Of a stretch of 64,000 bases of DNA, positions 11,330 through 23,962 are shown in pieces. Origin of the DNA: Moniliella sp. 'wahieum' (taxonomy: Eukaryota); contig RSEE01000049.1 in NCBI GenBank assembly GCA_003971905.1, forward strand, positions 186,001 through 250,000, given 5' to 3'. Made by a program: the position numbers and the translations under genes. How positions within the stretch are numbered: position 1 is the first letter of the stretch; every line of letters begins with the position of its first letter. The notes under the pieces were generated by a model. That model worked only from the letters and a program-made list of their open reading frames with translations, made no database searches and had not been told where the DNA came from.

Positions 11330-14300
11330 CAGCCATCGATCATCGATCAGCGCTGAGGCTCAGCAAAGCAGGGCGAGGCGGAGCCAGGCCCCGATCATCG
11401 ATCCATGTCACACGCACATTCATACGGACACGTCCAGCGCTGCGCTGCTGTTGCTCAACGCCCGAGCAGCACTCAGCACGACTTGGCGTCGCGCGTCACG
11501 CAACCGCCAGTCATTTCGTCACTAGCCCTAGTCATGCATGTCATGAGCTGACTGTGAAACTTGCATCACATGCATCACAACGCCACTTCGTCAGCGCGTC
11601 ACCGGTCACCGGTCAGAGCGTCACACGCCGCCGCGCCAGCATCCAATGCCCGCGTCGGCAGCGCACCAAAAGCATCCTGGTATACATACAGGTTGCGGGG
11701 CCCTCTTGCCACAACAGGCCCCACGCTCTTTCTTGGTCATGGTCTTGCCACTACGTAGTGGTACAGATATGTTGCAGACTGCGCCGATTGCTTCAAACGG
11801 ACGGCAGCTGGCACCCGAGACGATCGTAAGCTGATCGGTGAATGGTGAAAAGTGGTTGGTGGCCGCTGGTTCAAGGTGGCCTAGTTTGGCCTGCGCTTAC
11901 AGACTCAAGAGCTCCTTCCGCACCCGCAGTGCACCGGCCCCCTACAGCACTGCCCCCGATCAGTCACCTAGTCACCACCGGTCTCCGGCCACAGGCCACG
12001 CGTCACCCGTCACGCCCAGCGCCGGGGGGGAATGGGCGCAGTGTCACCGGGTCGTTGACCACAGGGGCTAGGGAGTACTGGGTGGTGAGATTGAGAGTAT
12101 GGAGTACTCGTCTGAGTACTCGTCTGAGTACTCTAACCCTCAGCCTGAGAAGCCTGGCTGCTCTGTCGCTCAGATTTCGATCGCTTAGCCTCAGCCGGCG
12201 AAATTACCGGACACCGCGTTGAATGTACGTTGAACGTTGAACGTTGAACATTGAACTCAACGTTTTCCCTGTGGTAGACCAAATACTCAGGCCCAGGGGC
12301 CTCCTCAGGGCGTCAGGATCGGCACTCCTTTAAAACCGAGAAACGAGGGCAATAAGTACTAAGTGGATATTGGATCTTGAAGAGTGTCTTTTGAGATCTG
12401 ATATATCTGGTTACCGGTTACCGCTTACCGGCCTTACCGGTTACCGGCTAGGCCTGAGTTAGGCCTTAGGAGTGCTGTACCAGCAGACCTCAGTTCGTCG
12501 CGGGGTCACCGGTCACCGGTCAGACCTCGGGTATCTGGCTGGACAGGTGGGTGTGGCTAGGCGCTAAAAACGCCAACGAAGCTGGAATCGGTCATGCGCA
12601 GATCGCTTTGCGAGGTGTACTGAGTGTACTGACTAGCTGAGTCTGAGTTCTGCTTAGGCGCTCAGCGCTCAGGCGCTCAGGCGCTCAGGTCTCAGGTCTC
12701 AGGCTTGGCAATCAAAAAAGACTCGCTCGTGGCGGGCTCCGTGTTCGGCCCTGTTCGGCCTCACTGGCTCAGTAGCCACTAACGCACTCACTAATCGATC
12801 ATCTCGATCATCCAAAGATGGGTGACATGTGACATGTGACATGGTGCGGATTCAGAATTCAGATATTCAGACCTCAGGCCTCAGGCCTCATGATATTCAG
12901 ACCGAGGCCCGAGGCCAGCAACATGATACATGAAGCATGATGCGTGACGCGTGACGCGTGACGTTGATCATGGTGCCACCATGTCACCACGTCACCGACT
13001 ATCGATCTAGTCACTAATACTCACTATGTATTCACTCGCCACTCGATCAATAGTGGATCATCGATCATCATGCATGCATCAATATATATCAATCCCGGTC
13101 CCAGTCCAGGATCATCGATCATCGATCACTAGTCACTTCGACAATCGATCACTGGATCATCGATCATTAGTCATGCGCCACGCGTCACGAAGTCACGCTC
13201 AGAAACCTCGAATCATTAATCATTCACCTCCATGTGCATCATGCATGAGTGCCTCAGCATCAATTGATTAGTCGCTTCGCCGTACGGTACTACCAGTGTA
13301 CTACTGCCTGTACTGCCCAGGTGCTGGCGAGCAAATTGCTCCACCGGGTTTAGGTGGTCGGGCGGTCGGGCCTGGTTTGGTCCGCAAAAAGACCGATGTC
13401 GATGACGACAAGGTGGTTGGTCGCGGGGCGGGCGAGCGCAGCTAGCGCGCTACCCCCTAACTTGTGCCGGTGATCGACGGTGTCGCGTGACGCGTTGCCG
13501 GTTTACTGGGGTATGTGACACGTGCCATACAACAAACCTAATGCTATCATGCCCATTCGTCACATGTCACATGTCACAGTAGGCCACAGTCGATCTCCCC
13601 TAGCGGCTAAAAGATCTAATGTATGATGCATGATTTGCATGATTGAGGCTCTTCAAAAGCTTCAAGCTTGAAGCTGCAAGCTTCAAGCTTCCAGCTTCTT
13701 TAGGCCTCAGGCGCAGGAATAGTGCGACGTTGTACCACTTGTGTACCAGCCATGGCGACGGCCCTCTCGGGAATAGGGAAAATCGCAATAAAACCATCGA
13801 TTTATCGATTACCGATTCTTATCGATTACCAGTTACCGGTTACCGGTTACCGGCTTACCTAGTTACCCAGTTACCGGTTATCGATTACCGAGGACTGGTT
13901 TCCGGTTACCGGCAAGGCCTTAGGCATTACGCGCTACGCGTTACACGTTACGCGCCTTCAAGCTTAAGGCCTATGGACCACGGCCAAATAATGGATCGAT
14001 TACGCATTACCACGTTACCCATTCTGCATTTTGCCCCTCCACATCGAGACATTTCTCCTGCGTTGCCTTTCTGGACGCTCGATGGTCGATGGTCCATAGT
14101 CTTGGCCCCGCCCAGCTGGGTACGTAGCGCCGATCTGATGAGTGTGAATTCCAATCGCCTTTGCACCGGGGGTACATTCGGAACCGAACATGTCCCAAGG
14201 CAGAAGTGAGTCGCCAGCATTGCGCCGCACTCCTTCACTCCGCCTTATGTGTTAAACTTTCAAGCTTCACGCTTTGAGTCTGTCCCCAAGCCTCGGCCTC

Positions 14301-14530
14301 ACGTGCTGCTGCGGTCCGAGGTCGGTAGAATATGTACTTCAGCTTCAGACTTGGCCCGTTGGAGCGTGGTCGTGCATCGTGGACCAGTTAGAGGGACCGG
14401 CTAGCGTGACGCACTGCATCCCACACTTTCGTTTGTGAGATCTGTGAGAAGTGATTCTCCCGCTGACGGGTGATGCATGATGTCTGAGCATGATCATTTC
14501 GATCATTCATCATCGATCATCGATCATGCT
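11330..14530. repeat. Dense cluster of 7-bp-phased palindromic micro-repeats (A-N4-T-N)n
   Basis: AACGTT-G (12233), ACATGT-G (12825), AGGCCT-C (12876), ACGCGT-G (12947), ATCGAT-C (13114), AAGCTT-C/G (13657) and ACCGGT-T (13835) arrays. Confidence 0.85.
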
Positions 14531-15353
14531 TCATGGGCTCTGAATTTGACATTGGAAAAAGCTGTTGGAAGCTATAGGCCCTAGGGGAAATGCGAGGCTT
14601 CGCCTTCTCTGGGTGGGCACGTTATTATTAAGCGGTACCCAAATTTCCGGCCACATACCCTACTGCAATAGAGGTGCAAAAAGTCTCCGTGCTGCTGCCC
14701 CACGGGCGGGCGTTGCGGCAAGCGCCACACGAGTAAATAGATGAGTGCGCGCGATGTGCTCTAAAATCTAAAAGCGCCAAGTCGTTTCTCCTGTGGCCCT
14801 ATATTATACGCTGAGTAACTGAGTACACCTGTACTGAGTAAAAACCTCTTAACTACTGAGTACTCAACGTTACTGGGTGTACTCTGAACGCCCCGCAAAA
14901 GCGGTTCGCGCAAAAGGGCTATTTGATACAGCCGTTCCCCAAGCCGATGCGCGGAAAATGTGGGCCATGTAGACCAGCACAGGCCAATCATGATGCACAT
15001 GATGCATGGTGCATGATGCATGATGGTTCCACGGATCTAGGCCTACTGCCGGCAATGTCGAGTATATGTGGACGCTGAGGAAAGACTCCTGGACGAGATG
15101 GATGTGGGTGCTAATGAAACGACCCCTATATATATATTGCGAGATCCAATAAACGATGATCGATGAACTCCTTTTGCGCCCTATATACGATCCGCGCGGA
15201 TGCAACGCACACGCATGAAATGCCAAGCAAACCTGTGTAATAAACCACCCTCCTCCACATACCCGGTATCCTAGGTACATAATAGACCGGGACGGAATCC
15301 CATTGGTCCTTTCGTACAGCATTTGTTTAAAATAGCAACTCTCTAACATATAT

Positions 15354-15566
15354 GGATGTCAACCACGTTCATCCGTGTCCACGCGCGCTTCCTAGGGTAC
15401 GGCCCTTAGCGAGAGCCGGAGGGTCTTGATATCCTGGCGATCCCCCTGGTTCCTTGACCTTGGTGGCGCTTCCAAGTAACCCCCGCAAGATGAACGGTTA
15501 GGTTTAGACGTAGCGTTCCCCCTGCCCCAGCCTTAAGCTCTGTCAATGAAATGGACGCAAAGTAGA
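15354..15566 (+). mobile_element. 5'-truncated 3'-end fragment of non-LTR retrotransposon
   Basis: Similar to the reverse complement of about 30948-31165, including the end of the ORF (ACCACGTTCATCCGTGT) and the tail GCAAGATGAACGG...CCTTAAGCTCTGTCAATGA. Confidence 0.75.
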
Positions 15567-18500
15567 ACGCACATGCATATAGTAGGTGTATATATTCGAA
15601 AGGGTATCGTATGTAATGTGGGTAACTATTAGTAGAAACTAGTAACTAGTAACTCTCCACTCTAAGATCTAAGGCTTGAGCGAGCGCTGAGCTCAATCTC
15701 ACTCCGCACTATAGCCTCACTCTCCTGATGATTATTAACGTGGAGGCCTGAGGCCTGATGCACCTAATGGTCCTCATCGAGGGTGTTGATTGACGCAATC
15801 GCACTAGTGGTGCTGGTAATAGTAGGTGGTGGTGGGGGGTCTAAGCCACAGCCATCGAACAACTCCTACAGAGGAATATCAAGCAGCCAGACTCCACCAG
15901 GGGGGGGGGCTACTAGACTGAGGAACAAGGAAAACCGAAACGAGAAAACAACGGAACTCCTGGGTCTGAGGAGGGATCTGTGGAGGGACTGCCAAAAGGG
16001 ACGGTGGCCAAAACACACAGGAGCCATTCGACACCTCTCTCGTCTCCTGTTGACCTGGGTTGTGTCTATTAAGCCAAAAGACCGAGCTGGTTGATCTAAA
16101 TGTTGACCATCGTTACGTTGAACAGTCCATGTATTACATTGCGTTCAAACAGAGCATATGCCAATTCAACCTGCACTACGTGGGTCGAGTCCCTTTTGTA
16201 CGGCTGAGAGATGCTATTCGGTGAGCTGCTCCCCCCTCTGCCTTTATCCTGCTTTTGGGATTATTATTACTTCCACCTTTTGTATGCAAAAAAACGAGCT
16301 CTACTTGACCTTCCTAATCCGTCCGTTTCCTTCCCTCTCGTTCATTGCGATGATTTTTCGTATATTGATGAATTTCTCGTTTTGGGCTGAGAGTGTGTCC
16401 TCCCGGCTCTTTCCGTCCTTAGTCCCTGCAGATTTGCATGGGCCGCCAGCAGCCTACAAGGCAAGAAGAGACTTCTTGAGGTCTAGCACGGAGGCGGCGG
16501 ATCATGTGGCAAAGCTGCCTTCGACAGCGCCTTCGGCAGTATTAGTGACGTGCCTGAAAAGCCATTCGGACTCGGAAAAGGGAGAAGAGGCAACCAGAAG
16601 GACAATCCCCTCAGACTAGGATTGGAGTGGGAGCTGGAGGGACTGAAGCTGGGACTGAAGCTAGGGACTGAGGGCTGCGGGGGCTGGGAGCGAAAAGACT
16701 GGGAACTGTGTGGTTGATAGGCCGTAACTGAGAGACGAAGTTGATAATAGGCGTAAGAGGCGAAGGCGGAGAGAACAGAGGAGTCTATCAAGTGGAAAAG
16801 AATTTGCCTCGCTGTCATAAAAGGCCCATTATTTACGGACTGCCGAGCACGGAGGGTGGCAAAAATCACACAAACCGGGATTACAGGCTATAGGCTGAAA
16901 AAGGAAACCAAACGCAATAGAAGGAGAATTGGGAAAGGTATAAGGGACTGTAGGGTGCAATTGCCACCAGGAAAACAATTCCCTTGGTCCTTGGTTTTAC
17001 TCGCATCGCCCGGCCCTTACAAGAGAGGGTGTGCCATTTTTGTATCAAAACGCCATTTCTTTTCAATTCATCATTGACCTAGGCATTCATTTCTTCTGTA
17101 TAGTCTTTTCCTGCTATATATGCCGCATTTTCCTGTGACCTACAGATGTTCTTTCATCCAGTTTCCCTTCGTTCGGTGGACCCCTATTCCCATCGAAGTC
17201 CAGGACCTCGGGTCCGGCGTACCGATGTCACTGCGATCACATACGGCCGAATTTCAGCCACACTGCTGACCACATAAAGCATGCTCCGGTGCTTCAGGTC
17301 TTGCATAGGCGTCTCGCCCCGTTCCGTTTAGGACGTGTTTAGGTTCGAACAACCGTAGCCTCGTCCATGAAAAAAACTCTGGGCCGATTCCCAGTGCGGA
17401 GTCTGCGCCTAGTGTGTGGCGCATACAGCACTAAATGTCGGGAGGGGGGGGTTCAAATTAATTATTGTTGGAGGAGCGAGATGTCCTCCACACAACATCA
17501 CCGTGTGACTTTTGTCGCTCGAGACTGTAACTTTGATCATGTTCGGATCTTTCTTCAAGCTTCATATATCATGTCTCTCCTCTCCATTCTCCGCATTTCA
17601 GCGCAATGTTACTGATTACTGTACGGCGTGTGCGGCTCTTCATGGTGAAGAGAGGGTCTGTGTGACATACAACAAAAATACACACGGCCTACGTGAATCA
17701 TCCCGAGGCCTGTGGCTCGTATTTGAGGCATTCCGCGAGAGGGAAGCGAGAGACGCCAGTCACATAACATGTAACATGCAGTGCCCTCGAGGACCGAGCA
17801 CCCTCCGCGCGGTCCCCACCATACTGAAGCCAGTCAAGACTTAGCTGCGCTTCTCCAGCTTCGCCCCGCTACTTTCTTAGCGCCTTTTAGTGCCAGTCTT
17901 TGCTTTCGCGCTTCCGAGTTTGTGATGCCAATATACACCCAGCTGTTACCGGCTACCAGTGACCGGAGTGACCTAGTGACCTAGTGACTGGCCTCGGCGT
18001 CGATGCCATCATGGATGTCACACACAGCCGCATGTCACAGATACGTGACCGAGTACTGTGTATTGACGCACTGTGACATGCATGTGACATGTGATGTGGG
18101 ACGAACTAAAGATGCGAGTGTAGTCACAAGTCACTCAGGACTCAGTACTCAGTCTGAGTACTCACTATCACTAGATCCTCGCACTAGATCCTCGATCACT
18201 TCGATCACTAGATCACTATAGCTTCACTACGTCACTACTCACTACTCACTACTCACTACTCACGACTCACTACTCCCTAGCCATGCAGTCCTGTACTTCA
18301 ACTTGAAGCTTCAAGCTTCACAGGCATCGGCACCCAGTACCCAGCACCCACACACCCAACTCCAACTCCGCCGCAGTGACCCTGTGACTATAGTGACTTT
18401 TTGTGTGCCGGCAGTCCCCGTTTCACCACCAGCCGGGTCCTTGACGACCGAGAATCGTCCGGTTGAGCTTGAGAGCTCGAGCTCAGCCGGGCACCGTGAT

Positions 18501-19307
18501 CGATCGTTATGCATTTTATGCACCAACATGCATCACCATATCGGGCACCGGTCAGGCCGGTCATGCTGAATGTGTTGAGTTTTGGACGTTGAGTATCTGA
18601 ACCCCTCTTCGATCCATTCTTTCCCTATTGTGACCATGATGAACCATGCACAGTATAGCAGAACCTATCACAATTCACTCCCTTCTCTGGATCTATACGC
18701 ACACCCCGGTATATGCGTCTGTGGATATCTCTCTTCCTCAGGCCGTAGCTCGATGCTCACACGGCTCACGCCCCACACAACTCCTACCACGTTTCCTACT
18801 TCACCGTCCGGTTCGTTGTCAGAAGTATAGTAGCTAGCCTACCGTAGCTATTACTATACCTGCCAGGACTCTTGGGCCTCGTCGTATGGTTCTGCTTTCC
18901 TACGGACAGGATCGGAAGGGACCACACTGTCTTGCATGCCTGGCAAAAAAACGAGCATCGATACGTGAGTTCACGCTGGATCCCCCAACGGTACGATGGC
19001 AAGTCAATGGATGCGCAACCCCAAGGGGTGGAAAGAAAAGTATACAATTGTTGGTGCGAGCATCGCGGCCCAGAGAAGGGAGAAACAGGGCAAATAACAA
19101 GGCGTCACACAGTACGGGGGGGGGGGGGGGGGGGGACGAAGGTGGAAAGCGGCGTTGATAAGGTAGGGAACTGGGGCCGCTTGGGGTGTGGAGAGCACAT
19201 GCAAGCGGACGGGGACGGGAGTGGGATTCGGACGCTGGGGGTTGCGAATTGGGAGTGGCAGTTGAGTTGGTTGAGAGGTAAGAGTTGAGTGTAGGAGACT
19301 GGCGAGG

Positions 19308-22104
19308 TTAGGATAGACCCATCGGCATCCGGCCCAGACGCGGCGCAAATCCTGGCGGCATCAGGTCCGCCCCTTGTGCCGGCAGGGGAAAGTCTGACCC
19401 GGGCCCGGAACTAGAGGGTGCACCGCGGTACATCATCGCCTGCGCTTGCGCCTGTGCCTGCGCCGGGCTCAAACCTTGCATCCCCACCCGCGATGGGATC
19501 CCCGGCGGAGGTTGCCGTCCCAAGCCGAGCATACCAGGGTCGTAGTACGGCGCTTCGGCGACGTTGCCGCCCCCGTTAAGGCACCTTTTGCTGCTGCGAC
19601 GAGGCGGCAGCCATGATCTGAGCAAGAAGTGGGTTGCTCCCTTGAGCTTGGGCTTGGGCTTGAGCTTGGGCTTGAGCTTGAGCCTGAGCGTGAGCCTGGG
19701 CCTGGGCGTGAGCCTGGGCCTGGGCTTGAGCCTGGGCTTGAGCCTGGGCTTGAGCCTGGGCTTGCGCCTGAGCTTGCGCCTGAGCTTGATCTTGCGCTTG
19801 GGCATGGACCTGCCCCGCTCCCACGGACGGGGACTGACCCAGCATTGCCGCTCTGGCCTGGACTTGCTGAGCTTGCTGCACAGCCTGCGCTTCGGCCCAC
19901 GCCTGTTGTTGAGCGGTGGGCGCGGCAGTGTCGAACCAAGGCGCGTTTTTGGCCGCTTGCTGCTGACTTTGCCAGCGGTAGAGTTGTTGGAGGTACTGAG
20001 CATTGGCGTTGGTCGGTTGCGGTGAGTTGGTCTCGTCCCCTCGCTGGGGATACAGTCCATTCATCACTCGCGACGTGACCGGGTCCAGCGCGAGGCCGGG
20101 TGCGACCCCATCTTCCTTGTTCATCAAGCGGGACCGGCGCTCGGCCTCTTTAGATTCCAGCTTGCCCCAGGCCAGCGACGCGTAGGGGTCAAAGCGGCCA
20201 TGGTAGGTGACATGCGACGAGCCCATCGGGCCACTCTCAACCAACAAACACGACGCGGCGTGGTCCAAGGCAGTGGGGCCCACGTGCAACGTGGCGCTCA
20301 GCGCACCCAACGACCCAAACCCAGTAATCGTACCAACCCCCAACGCTGCTAACCCAATCGCATACCAGGATGAGGAGACTGCAATGTTGGTACGGTCGTC
20401 CTTGGTGGACAGCGTGTCTTGTCTCTGCTGCTCGTCCAGGCAAAAAGTAAAGTCATGGTCATCATACGCAAAGCACGAGGCCAACGCTTCTACCGTCTCG
20501 CCCACATCGACATCCAACGGCAACCGTCCCTTTCGGAGTTCGTCTGGAGTGAGAGGCGTGGCGCGAGTCACATCGGGCCCGACCGCCTGCTCCTCTTGGG
20601 TAGGAGCACTGGGCTCCTTCGAAGGTAAGGCCAGCCCAGGAGACTGAGTTGCTACCACACTCGGCTTGGGCGAGTCGGCTACCTTGACAACCTCGGCTAG
20701 CGACGGTTGGGGCGGGGTGGCAACGACGTCTTCTTTCGCTGGACTGGAGGAGGCCAAGACAGAAGGTTTGTTGGCGGTATCCTTGATAGTCTCCTTCTTG
20801 GCAATCCGTTGCTTCTTGGGCTGCTGTGCTGTTGCTTGCGCCGCTTGAGAGTGGGCCAGGGCCGTTGAAAGAGGCGGAAGCTCTTCCTGTCGCAAGCCGC
20901 CCGGTGTTGTTACACGATTGACCGAAGGGCGAACCGGGAGTCCGCTCCCCGACCCCAAGAAGCCGTCTTGGGTAGGGCTGTCCCACCACTTTCGCTCTCG
21001 TGAAGATGGGTGTGGGCGTGGAGATGCGCAGGTGGATGGGGAGAGTGAGGATGGGCATGGCCATGCGCCTGGTGTGCAGCCTGGAGGATCGCGGCGGGGG
21101 AGGGGGGGGCAGGCAAATGCGCTGGGGGAGCTGGAGGAGGGCGGTCAATGGGCGCACCCCAGGAAGTAAGCAGTTCTTGTTTGGAAGGCGCGACCACAGC
21201 CCGGACCTTGTCAGTGTCCGAAGCAGAAGGACGGAGATGCGCAGGTCCTCCTTGGTAAACGTGTCCATCTCGTCCGCCGGCTCATGGACCAGGGTGCAGT
21301 CCATATTTTGGCACGGCAAAGCACGCAGGTAGTTGGTGCAGTATTGTTTGTCCCGTAGCTTGCATGGATCGTCTTGTCATCCGCACTCTTGGTGCCATCG
21401 ATCGAAACAATTGCCCGTGCTGCATCTTCCTGCCGCTGATACGTCACATAGACACCGATCGACGTGTCCTGCGTACCCATCACGAGCTTGCTCTTCGACT
21501 GACGCCGGCTGATCTCAATGTAGCTGATCCGCCCGTACTGCCCAAAGTAGTCATGCGACTTGAGCGTCGGGATCAGGTCCTCGGTGGCCAACTTGGAGCT
21601 CAAGCCAGTCACGTACACAACGTTGCGCTGCACGATCCGCGAGTTGGCGAGGCGGGTGCGGTTCATTTGCTCCAGCTCCTTCTTCTCTCGCTCGCGTTGC
21701 TTTTTGACCTGACTCAGGTGCTTGATCTCTTCGTTGCTCATCGGGGTGAACTCGACTTGATCCTCACTGTACTTACGCCGGCACGCAGGCAGAGACCATT
21801 GAAGTTCTGCATAATGTTGTGCCAGCAAAAGCGACAAATCTAGCCAGGGCAGGACAGGGGGGTCAGCGGGGGCCGGACACGGCGGCTGGGGGGAGAGGAA
21901 GATACGCACGCGGTAGCCACATGGACAGGGTTTAAAGTTGGAGTCCGTAATGTCAATTTCCTCCAGACAAAGGGGACACTCCATTTCCTCGTCGTCTTCA
22001 TCGGACCAGACAGCGTCCTGCAGACGGATCCGCAGGGCCTGGGACAGGTCAATCTGACGACGGCGGCGGCGGCAGCCCGGTGGGAAGAAATGGGTCGTGG
22101 GCAT
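19308..22104 (-). CDS. NOT4: CCR4-NOT complex E3 ubiquitin ligase Not4/Mot2 (intron 21840-21909; several frameshifts)
   Basis: [32 protein letters not shown], coiled coil, RRM ([13 protein letters not shown]...YFGQYGRI...VYVTY...IHASYGT), remnants of the C3H finger, then low-complexity and QA-rich C-terminus. Confidence 0.92.
19642..19800 (-). repeat. Coding hexanucleotide repeat encoding poly(QA) in NOT4
   Basis: QAQAQ... tract in ORF 19576..20958; visible as (GCTTGG/GCTTGA/GCCTGG)n on the + strand. Confidence 0.9.
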
Positions 22105-22875
22105 GGCTCTGCTCCTTGGCGGCGACGGCAGCGCCACGAGTGGAGGGCAAGGCAGTCGCCCAGCGGTTGACGGCGGGGGGGGTGGCGGTGCGTGTGCGGG
22201 CACGGGCGGGCTCGGAGGAGGCCAGGGCAGCGCTGAGGCCGAGGGGGGGGAAGGGGGAGCCGGTGGTGGGGTTGAGCGCGTGCGGGACGGCGCTGGCGCT
22301 GGCGGGCGAGTCGAGCTCGGGGCGGCCAGCGACGGCGGAGCGCGGCGCGGCATCCTGGTCGGCGCAGCGGGCAGAGGCGGCGGGTGTCGAGAAGCTCTGG
22401 GCGAGAAGGCGGCGGCCGAGACGCGGTGCTGTGATGAGCGCCTTCAAGTTGGAGGGGCGTCCGTCCGCTGCAGCATTCAACATTCAATATTCTCGCCAGC
22501 ACACCGCAACCCGCAATGCCCGGCGCGGGCCAGCAACATTGCAAGGGGGACAACCCTAGCAACCCTACCTCGGTTATGCCAGTTCTGCCGCGTGCACCCT
22601 GGGACACGACTGACGTCCCCTGGCGTCCCCTGGTGTCTCCTGGTGTTTCCTGGCGTCCCACTGGCGCACCCCGGGTATCCACCTCACGTTGAGATTCAAC
22701 ATGGCCCAGTGTCTTTACGGCATGAGGCTCAGTTGCTCAGTGGCCACCCGAAAGCTGCCCTCAACGCCATGATCATCGATCATCGGCCACCGCATGCGAT
22801 TGACGTCCCACGGCGTTGGCGCCACGCGACCCCCCCCCTCTTTTCTTCACCACCCTTGCCTGCCTTCCACCTGCC

Positions 22876-23652
22876 ATGACCACTGCTCCTTACCCCATCG
22901 ACCGCAATACCATTGTGCATGTGTACCGCTCCAGCCGGGTGAGACGCACCAATACCGCAACCTCTACTGCTGAGACAGCCAATTCTCCCTGTGTGGTCTA
23001 CTTTGACCATCCCCCCCAACCTCAACCCCCCCAATCTCCCAACCCTCCCAACCCCCCCCAAGACTGGTACGGAGCTTGCGCGGGTTGCGAGTTCTTCACG
23101 CTTTCTTCACCTTCCGATTTTGTTCCGTCGACATGGGACATGACCTTTTTCAGCCTGCTCGCATGCTGGACATGTTATAAAGTAGTCTTGTTGCTTTGTA
23201 CCCAGAGCCCGACATGGGACAAATCCTGCTTCTGATTCTTAACTGTGCGCGTGGTGTACGAGATTAAGCGGTGGAAGAGGGGAAGAAGTATGCCGCCAGT
23301 GCCGTTGGTGTTCTTGGTTGGATCACCTTGGTGGTTCTCACTGGCATTGAGTCGGTGACCAATTCGCATAAAAATGATGCCGCCGACACCATCTTCTTAT
23401 TGATCGCAGTATCTTCCGAAGCAACAATGTTTTTGTACTTCTTTATTACTTTCGCTCACCATGCGAGTATGGGTGTCATTGATTCCTTTTTCATTCGTCT
23501 GTTGGGCAAAACCCCGCCCTACCAACGCCCAGCACAATCCGCTGCCGGGCTCTGCGGATGACCATGTGCAGGACAAGCCTCGCTCCAGTGAGGAGGAGGA
23601 CAACGACCGCATGTCTGCCAGCATTAAGCCTGTTGAGGGAGGCCTGGTTTGA
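22876..23652 (+). CDS. Orphan multi-pass membrane protein, family copy 2 (frameshifted)
   Basis: MTTAPYPIDRNTIVHVYR...VVYFDHP, PTWD, EGKKYAA...LGWITLVVLTG, KNDAADTIFLLIAVSSEAT, IDSFFIRLLGK, ending ASIKPVEGGLV*. Confidence 0.7.
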
Positions 23653-23962
23653 TTCATTCTTCGATCGGTGTCCTACCTGTTGGCCGTGGTCTTCTTGTCC
23701 CCAGTCAGCGCTCAGCGACCCCCGCTTGCATCCACTTTTGCTTCCCATCCCGTATACCGCTCTCCCACTCTACCCTTCTTCTGCGCCCTAGGCCGACACT
23801 ACGCGTTGTTTGTATATGCTTCTGAAACCTGCTCCCTATGCTTGCCCGAAAGATCTACTTGTGCTCCTACCAAACAAGAGGAATGCCGGACGGGGAGGAT
23901 TGTCGTTACACTACCAACTCGTGTATGAAAGACACGATGAAAGGGGAGGTGGATGGTCGTAG

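Noticed and set aside
12200..14000. High density of restriction-site hexamers suggesting a synthetic polylinker or vector contamination
   Set aside because: The sites are degenerate, tandemly repeated, largely limited to A....T palindromes and spread through many native intergenic regions; no vector features are present.
11008..14209. ORFs 11008..11829 and 13643..14209
   Set aside because: Their translations mirror the DNA micro-repeats (SFKLEAASFKL, YRLPVTGYRL) and show no domain; likely spurious.
19116..19136. Poly-G run downstream of NOT4
   Set aside because: A simple homopolymer of unreliable length, with no further evidence of function.
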